This document shows, in pieces, positions 38,655 to 50,285 of a DNA stretch of 64,000 nt (its first letter is position 1; the number at the start of each line of letters is the position of its first letter). Source of the stretch: Mytilus trossulus. Lineage: Eukaryota. The notes below the pieces were generated by a model. The model did no database searches. It saw only the letters and a program-made list of their open reading frames with translations, and was not told the DNA's origin. The stretch lies in the NCBI RefSeq assembly GCF_036588685.1, contig NC_086373.1, positions 73,656,001 to 73,720,000 of the forward strand. Direction: 5' to 3'. Made by a program: the position numbers and the translations under genes.

Positions 38655-40750
38655 AATGATGATTTGACAATATTCCAACCTGCCTAACTCCTTGGAGTAT
38701 ATTGAAGCTGTCACTAAGTTAGCCTTGCCATTTGACTTTAGATGTAAGGCCAGAGTATAGATCTTTTAAAATGACAAACCTTAGATCTGGGGGTATATTC
38801 CTATCTAGCATTTTGTCATGGAGTATCAGATGCTGGACTGCATCAAAGGCAGATTGGACATCAACAGTAGCCAGATAGAGAGTGTTGTTTTTTCCCGGTT
38901 CACATTTTGCATTGATTCTGATATAATGATACTAGCTATTAGTGGACATAGCCCTTCTGTAAATCCAAATTGTAGATCAGTGTTAGGAGTAATACTGAGT
39001 TTGCCAATGATACAGAGTTCATGGAGTTTATAGATTACAGGGGTTACAGTGATTTCTGTATAGCTGGAAAATAGGCATTGATTTTTTTCCTTTTTACGTT
39101 CTGGAGTTAGAATTCCGGACTTGAATTCAATATTGGGCCAGTTCTGTTAATGAGTATGTTATTAAATATCTTTGTAAGCGTCGGTGTGACAGTTTCTTTA
39201 GCAAGTTTTAGATGTTCTGCACATAGTCCGTACTCATCAGGTGATTTGCCACTGTTTAGATTGTCTATAGCTTTGGAGATGTCATCTTCTTTGTATGGTT
39301 CTATATTTGTTTGTTGGTTATATAGAACTTCTTCCACAAGATGCTGCCTTATTTGGCATAGTTCCAAATATGAGTTATCAAATTTTGATTCTTTTGGGAT
39401 ACTAAGATCTTCATAGTACTTTGCAAATGCGTTTCTCTGTATAGCAGGATTAAATTCTTATTCACCCTCTATGTCTATACCTGTTGAATTTAATTGTTCT
39501 AGGTTTGGATCTATTCCTGTATTAATTTGTAGAAAAGGTCTGTGGATGGATTATCCATAATTTGCTGATATAAATACAATCTATCTTCAGCATGTTCCTT
39601 TCTTTGCTGACTGCGGAGATTTTTCTTTTCTGCTTTTATTTTTTCCTGAATAGATGGTCTGCTTAATTGTTTGCCTTCGGATTTCCATTTTGAGTATAGC
39701 TGTTCGCAATTTTTTAGATGTTTTTTTTTTACTCTAGGTGATGCCTTCCATTTTGGACCTTTCAGTTAAATGGGTTTTGTTGGTACTGCTTTGTTTGAGA
39801 CTGTAAGTAAGGCTTTTGTGACATTTTGGATACTGTTGGATGGTTTTTGAGTGAGTGGCAGCTTTGAAATTTCATTCTGAACAGATTCTATTTATAGAGG
39901 GAGATCGGTCTGGTCCCATTGAAGCTTTTGAACTGTTTGCATTTCTTTATTGGCTTTGGTTACACCAGTGGGTATGATACTGTTAGTCGTTACTGATGCT
40001 GCTGAAACATTTGAGGATGAATTATTCCATATTGTATACGTTTTAAACAGATTATCTTTAGATGAGAAGATATAATCTATTAGGGAACATGATTGTCCTG
40101 AATGGTAAAAGAATGTTTGTCTGTCAGGTTTATCTTTATCAGCAGTAAGGTTAAGTTCTTGAATGAATTCCTTGTTTGATCATGCTTATTATTTCTGGTT
40201 TGTAGAATTGTCCCATTCAGATCCCCGCAAAGTATAATAGCATTACGGTATTCAGATATTTTGTTGCTATGTTATGAATTAGATCGAGACATTTTCCATA
40301 TTCGTAAGACGAGTATTTGTCCATAGTTGGCATATAGACGTTTATCAAACATACGTCCACGTCTGATGAAATCAGAATAGCTATCACCCTCTCATTTTCT
40401 ATCAGGAAGCTTTTGAATTTGGCTGTTCCATTGTTTTGGCCACAAGATAGATACTCCTGCACGACTTAGGAAGTTTAAAGCCTGATAACGGTTCGTTTGT
40501 GTCATGGCAACTAGTATGAGGGGTCATGGAGAATTGAGTGTAGTATATTTGCTTGGCAATCCCAAAGAAAATGTTCTTGCAGGCATACAATGTGTGAATC
40601 TTGAGATAGGAGCTGGAGAAAAGATGTATTTGATCTCACTCCCTCTATATTACAGGTTGTTATTCTGATATTCTCTCTGTTAGGAGTAGTTCCTCCTGAA
40701 GAAGCTGATCTGGTGACTTCAACAGTATCCGATTATTGATCATAGTCTGT
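38655..40750 (-). mobile_element. Decayed LINE (APE endonuclease plus N-terminal half of RT)
   Basis: LINVYMP (endonuclease), GKSPDEYGLCAEHLK, QFGFTEG, DVQSAFDAVQH and QGVRQ motifs; many stops. Confidence 0.8.
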
Positions 40751-42147
40751 AGTACTCTGTAAAGTCTCACAGATTTGAGACTATTTTTATTTGAATGGGA
40801 AAACGTTTATTATTTTTTTTTTATTATTAATTTTATTTGCAGTTATTTATTTATGTATTTTGAAATCTCTCTAATAAACAAAAGAGGGACGAAAGATACC
40901 AGAGGCACAGTCAAACCGGCTCTCTCATACTCCATATGATCGAAAATAAACTGACAACGCCATGGCTAAAAATGAAAAAGACAAACAGACAAACAATAGT
41001 ACACATGACACAACATAGTAACATTTTAAATTTTTCAATATACAGTTTGGAGAATTAAGCATTTCTTGTGAAAATAAAGGGCAATTAATCTACTTAATTA
41101 CTGAGTACTTGATAAATCATAACATTGATAGAAGACAATTTGCAACAAGTATATTCTTACTCATTCATGTGTATTCTATGATCTTCTATGGCTTGGGCTT
41201 AATGTGCACCCCATATTTCGCCTGCATAACTGTATACATAATTGATATAGTCAAAAAGTGATAACAAAAAAAAGGTACCACTCATAGGCATTGAAATTCT
41301 AGTTTGATCCAAATTTTGGGGGGATAAGTGACAGTTTCACCCCTCTTTTTTGCAATATTTTATGGTAAATCAATGCAGATTGTTTCCATAGATACACATT
41401 AAAGGAATTATTTTTCACTTTTTTTACTGTTGATAATCAAATCTATGGAAGACATAACTGTATACAGAATTGATATTGTCAAAAAGTGATAACAAAGCGA
41501 CTTAGTTTTAAAACATACAATATTGGAAAGCATTAAATTTTATTATATGATTTCACCTTATATAGAAACTATTAGCTAGTTCTGATCTTGGTAATATTTT
41601 GTTGCTATCCTGAGTTATAGTTTCAGTTTAAGAGTCAACATTGAAAATATTTGAATTCGTCATTAAGGGACAATTACTGTTTCAGTTTAAGAAGCAACAT
41701 TGAAAATATTTGAATTCGTCATTAAGGGACAATTACTGCTATAAGAACGGTTGTTTGACATATTTGATGCATACAGTTTGATCATTCAATTATTCCCTAT
41801 ATCTATATTGGATTTCAGATAATAAAAAAGAATACATTTTACACCGACAATCCTCAATGTCAGGTGGCAGGTGGGATCATCGTTCACAACTGGATACCCC
41901 GACGATGAGTTGTGGCCAGGGTTGGTTCCGGTTGTATAAAATAAAAAGGAATGAAAATACACCAAAGGCAGTTTCTTGTCTTATTTGTGACATTCACATT
42001 TTTTATTATTTTTTTTTATATCTTAACATCAATACTCTTTTGTTATGTGAAAATTAAAAAAAAAATGCAACACTTCATGTATATACTATAGTCCACGTAT
42101 TAATGTATAAAGTCTGATTTTTTAGCTTATTAGTTACTAATCGTTTA

Positions 42148-43038
42148 TTATAGGATAGTACAATCTTTTTTTGATCGTGCGTGCCTAATTTCATTGCGAA
42201 TGTTATTAATTTCATCTATAATTTTTTTCTCTCTTTGTTGGTATTCCTTCCGCAACTCTGCGTCTGTTTCGTTTCGTATTCTTTGTTGCAATGCAAGCCT
42301 TTCTCGCTCTTTTTGTGCCTTCTCTTCTGCAATTTTATCCTGGAGAATTTTCTCTGCCTTCCTGTAATCATCATTTGTATAATGGGATCCTCCATTATCC
42401 TTATCCATTTTCTCAATAAGATTTATTAATCTTCTGACTTGCTCATCTGATTCATTACCTTTTAAAGTATTATCGAATGCAATGTGCCGATTGTTGCATT
42501 TTTGAAGAAAATTTCTGGGAACATCTGTCAGTGTTTTTATAAAGTTGTCAATATTTTCGCCATCATGGCCTATTTCTATACCTTGATCTTCCATATCACG
42601 TTTATAGTCATCAAATCTGGTAAACAAGACTATAACATACCGCATCAATGGTTCACCGAAATGGCTTACAAAATGATCGACAGTAGCTACGTCTTCTTCA
42701 GTAAAACGCCCCATTTGCACACATAAGATGAAAGCATGTGGGCCTGGCGTTGTTAGATGAATGAAACCTTCTATTGCCTTTTGAGTGTTATCATTATCTT
42801 TCCTTGTATCAAACACTCCTGGCGTATCTACAACGTTCAAAGTCCTTCCGAATCTCTTTGCCACCCCTAAATCGCATATTGCTGTCATTGACTGACCACT
42901 GCATGCAGATTTGAATTCTTTCTTTCCTAAAATTGTGTTTCCAGTTTTACTTTTTCCATTACCTGTCTTTCCAAGTAACACTATACGCATTTCATCTTTT
43001 GGTGCTAAGTGCACGTTTTCAAATGGTGATTGTGCCAT
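42148..43038 (-). CDS. GIMAP/IAN (AIG1-type) GTPase, copy 1, 296 aa
   Basis: RIVLLGKTGNGKS (G1), SMT (G2), VVDTPG (G3), PGPHAF..GRFTEED (conserved box), TRFD (G4), FDN, C-terminal coiled coil, CTIL*; splice acceptor at 43055 just upstream of the ATG. Confidence 0.95.
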   Translation of the reverse strand: MAQSPFENVHLAPKDEMRIVLLGKTGNGKSKTGNTILGKKEFKSACSGQSMTAICDLGVAKRFGRTLNVVDTPGVFDTRKDNDNTQKAIEGFIHLTTPGPHAFILCVQMGRFTEEDVATVDHFVSHFGEPLMRYVIVLFTRFDDYKRDMEDQGIEIGHDGENIDNFIKTLTDVPRNFLQKCNNRHIAFDNTLKGNESDEQVRRLINLIEKMDKDNGGSHYTNDDYRKAEKILQDKIAEEKAQKERERLALQQRIRNETDAELRKEYQQREKKIIDEINNIRNEIRHARSKKDCTIL

Positions 43039-43610
43039 TTTAAAAAGTATTTATCTGAAAAAAAAATTTAAAAATAAAGAAATGACTAATAACAAGAAAA
43101 ATTACAGAAATAGTTCTCTAGAGCTGTGGTTTAACTTCCAATGAAACACCCGTCCACTATAGGATGTAAGTATCTATATATATCACCGTATTGTGTTCAA
43201 CAAAAAGCAAAACCCATACCTCAAAGTAAGCTTAAAAAAACCTGGCATAATAAAAACGAACAATTCAAACGATAAAACCTTTGACATAATAAAGAATAAT
43301 AATGGAGTACAGGTTCAGGATTGAAATATTGGTGCAACATCTCAACATAAGAACAAACTACCAAAATTAGATCGGTAGCGCCACTTTGCATGGTGTGACA
43401 ATGTTTTCTCTGGGTACCAATCTGCTCTTACCCCCTCTCGATCAGCTATGTGTTATTTAAATATATTTCTAACTGCATATAAGTATGTAAGTATAGGACT
43501 GAAAATTATACCATTAATAATAAATTGAACGTCAACCGGCCACCCACCTGTTTTTTTAAATAAAAAATAGATTGAATCAAAATAATTATAATATTTCGAA
43601 AAAGACTTAC

Positions 43611-43745
43611 CGCTGTATAGCACTTTAAACAGTTTTAACAACTTTCCGTTATTTCTATGCTCCAAATTACAATACTTGTCAATGTGTTATCAAGTTGTAT
43701 TTAAATAGCATATTTGGTTGGAATTCACATTCGTATTTTTAACTT
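43611..43745 (-). promoter_or_regulatory. Non-coding exon 1 and core promoter of GIMAP copy 1 (equivalents at about 50859-50990 and 60885-61030)
   Basis: Donor G|gtaagtc is conserved in all three units (43610, 50858, 60884). TATTTAAA lies about 90-105 bp upstream of the donor, with a conserved block TGGAATTYRCATTCGTATTTTTAAC beyond it. Confidence 0.6.
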
Positions 43746-44249
43746 TATTGACAAAGTTGGATTTTGAACTGCTATATTTAAACCTTTCGAGTTGCTATAT
43801 TTAAACTGCTTTGTATACCTTATGGAAAAATCGATTTCATTTTTTGCAAAATTGCAAATTTTTAAAAGAATGATTTTGAAATTTGAAATATGTTCGATTT
43901 TCCATGCTTAATTTGGAAATTAAATTTTCCAGATTACCGATTGACAGAAAATTTTCAAATAATCATTTGGAAAATTGAAAATGGCTTAAAATAACATCGA
44001 CCTCTACATTACCTGTACGATAATATTTTTTTCGCTGCCAACTCGGAATGCAAATTGTTTTTTTTTTTAATTTTGAACCCGCCAAACTCAATTACGCAAA
44101 ATTGCTGGATTAAAACTAAGAAATGTATACCCTTAATCAATTGCAAGTCTGAGAATCGTTGTACTGATTTTGTTATACTTTTGCTTCTGTTTGATTAAGA
44201 TTTTTCTAAACTTTTGGTCTCAAGCATCATTCAAAAGACTTTCATTGTC

Positions 44250-44440
44250 AAAACGTACACATGGTGCAATAACATGATACCATTTTAAAATTGTTATTGT
44301 CAAAAAGTACACATTTGCAATAACATGATACATTTTAATTGTTATTGTTAAAAAGTACACATTTGTAATAACATGATACAATTTTATTGTTATTGTTAAA
44401 AAGTACACATTTGCAAAAACATGATATTATTTAATTGTTT
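44250..44440. repeat. 48-bp minisatellite, about 4 copies (also at about 51500-51695)
   Basis: GTACAC recurs at 44307, 44355 and 44403. Confidence 0.85.
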
Positions 44441-47400
44441 TTATGATATTTTTGAAACTGATACCATATGTTCATAAATGACACATTTGCAATTTGTCAA
44501 GTAGAACTCAAACCAACCTCATTAACTTGAACCGTAATTTTAGTTCTCGGTATTCAACGTACGTTTACAAAGGAACATATATTATATAACCTTATTTATC
44601 GGTTAGTTTCGATTCGAAGGACTTTATCCAGTTTTGATTTTATTTTATTTAAGTCATTCGTACGCATGAAATTTATGACTTGTTGTATTTTTACACTGGG
44701 TTGGTACTTCTGATGGTGGATCACAAGTCATTTGGGTGTGTCATCTGATCAGTTCTCATTACTTCGGCACGACAATAATTTAAAAAAAAACTTTCTAAAA
44801 TTGTTAATGAATAAATTTTGAATTATCAAGAAATAAGGTTTCAACTCCGTTCGACAAAGTTAACTATAGTTTGATTTTGCTATTTTCAGTCAGTTATAGG
44901 CATTTATCCCGTCAACTGTATCGGTTCTTATATACATCCTTGGCACTCAAATATTCGGCTTTGAGCGTTACGGATAAATAATTCTAATATAATTTGCATA
45001 TTAGGGAATACGTTGATATGATTGATCGCTGAGAGGACTTCCGGTAGTTGATCTTGACGTTGTTTATTTTTCGATAGACTACGTTGGCCAAACTTTTTTC
45101 GTGACCAATGTAAACAAGATAGCGGCGAAAATAACATTGACGTTAACAAAATCATTTTCACAGCACGATAATGGTTGAATTAAATAGTAAACACAAACAC
45201 ATTTGTTTGAATGATAATAAGAGATTTTGTAGTTTTTTTTTTATCAGATAGGACATTTCATTTTATTTTTTCGATAGACTACGTTGGCCAAACTTTTTTC
45301 GTGACCTATGTAAACAAGATAGCGGCGAATAAATTTATTACACTGTTAGTTGTTACTTTATGATATGGTACAAAAAACAACCCACAAAAATGATTTGGTT
45401 TGGCCCCAGATGACTTTAAAAATTGAAAAAGCTCCAAATTATCTCCCTTTGGTGCAAACATGCCATTTTTTGGCCTTAACTTTGAAATATCTTTTTTAAC
45501 TCATCGGTGACCTATATTTTTTATTATTGATTTCAAATAAGCTGTACATAAACTAAATAATTGTAACATTTAAGCGATTTCTTATATTAGGTTATTTTTT
45601 TATTTCAATATTTCTTCTTTTTCTCCTATTAGTTCAACAGAAAAAAATGACATTGACAAAAATGTATGCTTCTTCCAGAGGCAGATTTTAGCTTAAATGA
45701 ACGGTGACCCCATTTTTTTATTTCATTTTTCTTTTAAGTATATGATAAAGATCATTTATGAAAAAATATAGCGAAATCCTATATTAGAAAAAAAAAATCC
45801 TTTATACCCAGGAGCCCCCTTAAATAGTAAACACAAACACATTTGTTTGAATGATAATAAGAGATTTTGTAGTTTTTTTTTATCAGATAGGACATTTCAT
45901 GGAGTCTATATTTTTGCGTTAACCAACAAATATATTCATGCGCCAGGTTTTTTCAATGACACAAATACACAATTTATGTGTGATTTAGGTTACCAGTAGG
46001 GAAAATATATTCCTTATCTCCCATTTTAAAAAAATACATGGATTAAACGGCGTTTGAAAGGAACTAATTGGTGTATAAACTGGACAAAGTCACTCACAAA
46101 CATATCATAAACTACTTCGGACTTTTATTTGTTTGTGAGTGACTTGATCGAGTTTTTGCTTAACTATTTATGGTACACTGAATGTATATTATTTGGTAGT
46201 ATTACCGCTAGATATTATAGAACATGCCATTCTTTTGATTTTAGTATCATGTATTTATATTTCCCAGGCGAAATACTTTTAGTAAATACATATTGGTTAG
46301 CTTTCTGTTGTTTTCTACCCTTTGGTCGCATAGTTGTTTCTTTGACACATTCACCATTTCCATTCCCAATTTTATATTTCATATGAAACGAGTTTCTTGT
46401 TATTATAACTTTATTGGAATTATTCAACCAATGCATGCATATCTTAATTAAGTCTTGTATGCATTTATTACGCATCTATAACGAATTATCGACAAATGAT
46501 TTTAAAATTCTGTGATTGTAGATCGCAAGCTTATTAAGTAACCTTAGAGTGTGTTACCGAAGTGACACTGATAACCAAGAGCACGTAAAAATCAAGTGAA
46601 TTAATAGAGCCATGATAGTCTTTCACCTTTTCTATACATTCTTTCTTGTCACTCTGACTATTGCATTAACAGTTGTTAAAAGGTTCGGTTCCTTTAAATA
46701 TAAAAAAGATGTGGCATGATTGACAATAAGACAACTCTCCACAATAGACCAAATAGCCTGGGGTCCTGGCTAATCTTGTCAGTATACGACGCGCAGCTAG
46801 ATATCGGGACAGGATCCCAGGCTATAGACCAAATGCCACAGAAATTAACAACTATAGACATGTTTGTTTTTAGAATCAGTTTTACCTTCCAGAGCACATT
46901 CTTCATCACGATTACGATCGATAATATAAAAGATTTTCGCGTGTTGTAAGAAAATTCGGTACAATTGTTTTACAGTAAAACTTAGCCATTCAAGTATATA
47001 AAATATGTAAATTTTTTGTTTGAATTATGACTCTATAGAAATAATCTATAAAAATCTACTCAAGACCAACTGGCACCATGATGTTGATATCTATATAAAT
47101 TATATAATATATTGAAAACAACACGTTAAATTATATCGTACCAATATTATATGTACAGGGAAAACGGTACTATTTGTTCTGTCATTGGCGTCAATACAAA
47201 CACTTTCGAAATCAGATACGTCTTTCTATTATTAAAACCTGAAAAAAAACATGTTTGGTGTAAGGTAGCATTCCATAGTAAGGTGTGTAGTTTCGTGGAT
47301 TTTTTAAAAGATGAGAGCTAGTGTGGAATAAAATTCATTTTTGGAACCTGAGGATTAAAAAGCCTTCTTATTAGGTTTATATGACCATTTAGATTATTTT

Positions 47401-49394
47401 ATGTATGTAATATAGGGTGTTTTCTGTTAAAAAAAAGTCTGTATTTGCATATCCATACCATGTTCATGACGTTAAAAATTTAAATCCCTGGGATGTGTTT
47501 TAGTTGATTTTAGTCTCTGATGCATGATTTTATTATTAATTGTTTTTGGCTTTAACTAGCTATCAGTAACTGCAAGTACTCTCAAATCGTAATTTCTTGT
47601 TAATTCGACCTGTTGATACTGTACTGTTTATAATGCTTTTTTGTTATTTTATATCAATATGTATCTTGTCTATATACCAGCTTTGATTATTTTGAATATT
47701 TTCTTATTTTCACTTCGTTTTACTTCATTTGTATAAACTTCAAGATTTACCTGTATTATAAAAACCGTTATTTTTTGTCAAAAGTGATTATTTTTGAAGG
47801 GTTAAATATTTCGCAGTGGTGTCTTGCCATGGCTTTGTTTGGACATGTTTGTTTGCTTTTTGGATTGAATGTTTGTCCCTAATATTTAATTAACTGTGCA
47901 TTTGTATTCAGATAACGCAGATCAAATTTATTCGTTATAGTGTATTAATTTACGTTTTTTGATTGAGTTATGCCTGCCAATTGATATTTAAGCGTGTGTT
48001 TTTCTACGTTTCTACGTTGCGATGCTTTATGCTATTTTTTCAGAAAAAGGGAGAAGGTTTGGTACCATTTAAACGTTTAATCCCGCTGCAAATGTTTGCA
48101 CCTGTCCTAAGTCAGGAATCTGATGTACAGTAGTTGTCGTTTGTTTATGTAATTTATACAAGTTTCTCGTTTTTCGTTTTTTTTAATATAGATTAGACCG
48201 TTGGTTTTCCCGTTTAAATGGTTTTACACTAGTAATTGTGGGCCTTTTTATAGCTTGTTGTTCGGTGTGAGCCAAGGCTCCGTGTTGAAGGCCGTACATT
48301 GACCTATAATGGTTTACTTTTTTAAATTATTATTTGGATGGAGAGTTGTCTCATTGGCACTCACACCACATTTTCCTATATCTACATACCATGCCTTACA
48401 TTGGTTCGTCAATTATTGTTATGTTTTTTTTCCACTTTTGTGTGGCACGAACTTTGTGATTAAATTTTACGGAAAAATGAGGCGAAAGACACCAATTTTT
48501 TACTTGATCATTAGGAATATCAACAGTTTCTAAAAAGGTATCACTCATAAGATTGAAATTCTAATTTGATCCAAATTTTGGGGGGATATGTGACAGATTC
48601 ACCCCTCTTTTTGCAATATTTTATGGTAAATAAATGCAGATTGTTTCAATAGATATACATTAAAGGAATTATTTTTTACTTTTTTTACTGTTGAAAATCA
48701 AATCTATGGAAGACATAACTGTATACAGAATTGATATTGTCAAAAAGAGATAACAAAGCGACTTAGTTTTAAAACATACAATATTGGAAAGCATTAAATT
48801 TTATTATATGATTTCACCTTATATAGAAACTATTAGCTAGTTCTGATCTTGGTAATATTTTGTTGCTATCCTGAGTTATAGTTTCAGTTTAAGAGTCAAC
48901 ATTGAAAATATTTGAATTCGTCATTATGGGACAATTACTGTTTCAGTTTAAGAAGCAACATTGAAAATATTGGAATTCGTCATTAAGGGACAATTACTGC
49001 TATAAGAACGGTTGTTTGACATATTTGATGCATACAGTTTGATCATTCAATTATTCCCTATATCTATATTGGATTTCAGATAATAAAAAAGAATACATTT
49101 TACACCGACAATCCTCAAAGTCAGGTGGCAGGTGGGATCATCGTTCACAACTGGATACCCCGACGATGAGTTGTGGCCAGGGTTGGTTCCGGTTGTATAA
49201 AATAAAAAGGAATGAAAATACACCAAAGGCAGTTTCTTGTCTTATTTGTGACATTCACATATTTTATTAATTTTTTTATATCTTAACATCAATACTTTTT
49301 TGTTATGTGATAAAAAACACTTCATGTAAAAACTATAGTCCACGTTTCAATGTATAAAGTCTGATTTTTAAGCTTGTTAGTTACTAATCGTTTA

Positions 49395-50285
49395 TTATAG
49401 GATAGTACAATCTTTTTTTGATCGTGCGCGCCTAATTTCATTGCGAATGTTATTAATTTCATCTATAATTTTTTTCTCTCTTTGTTGGTATTCCTTCCGC
49501 AACTCTGCGTCTGTTTCGTTTCGTATTCTTTGTTGCAATGCAAGCCTTTCTCGCTCTTTTTGTGCCTTCTCTTCTGCAATTTTATCCTGGAGAATTTTCT
49601 CTGCCTTCCTGTAATCATCATTTGTATAATGGGATCCTCCATTATCCTTATCCATTTTCTCAATAAGATTTATTAATCTTCTGACTTGCTCATCTGATTC
49701 ATTACCTTTTAAAGTATTATCGAATGCAATGTGCCGATTGTTGCATTTTTGAAGAAAATTTCTGGGAACATCTGTCAGTGTTTTTATAAAGTTGTCAATA
49801 TTTTCGCCATCATGGCCTATTTCTATACCTTGATCTTCCATATCACGTTTATAGTCATCAAATCTGGTAAACAAGACTATAACATACCGCATCAATGGTT
49901 CACCGAAATGGCTTACAAAATGATCGACAGTAGCTACGTCTTCTCCAGTAAAACGCCCCATTTGCACACATAAGATGAAAGCATGTGGGCCTGGCGTTGT
50001 TAGATGAATGAAACCTTCTATTGCCTTTTGAGTGTTATCATTATCTTTCCTTGTATCAAACACTCCTGGCGTATCTACAACGTTCAAAGTCCTTCCGAAT
50101 CTCTTTGCCACCCCTAAATCGCATATTGCTGTCATTGACTGACCACTGCATGCAGATTTGAATTCTTTCTTTCCTAAAATTGTGTTTCCAGTTTTACTTT
50201 TTCCATTACCTGTCTTTCCAAGTAACACTATACGCATTTCATCTTTTGGTGCTAAGTGCACGTTTTCAAATGGTGATTGTGCCAT
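49395..50285 (-). CDS. GIMAP/IAN GTPase, copy 2, 296 aa
   Basis: Same motifs; two amino-acid differences from copy 1 (RFTEED>RFTGED, RHAR>RRAR). Confidence 0.95.
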   Translation of the reverse strand: MAQSPFENVHLAPKDEMRIVLLGKTGNGKSKTGNTILGKKEFKSACSGQSMTAICDLGVAKRFGRTLNVVDTPGVFDTRKDNDNTQKAIEGFIHLTTPGPHAFILCVQMGRFTGEDVATVDHFVSHFGEPLMRYVIVLFTRFDDYKRDMEDQGIEIGHDGENIDNFIKTLTDVPRNFLQKCNNRHIAFDNTLKGNESDEQVRRLINLIEKMDKDNGGSHYTNDDYRKAEKILQDKIAEEKAQKERERLALQQRIRNETDAELRKEYQQREKKIIDEINNIRNEIRRARSKKDCTIL

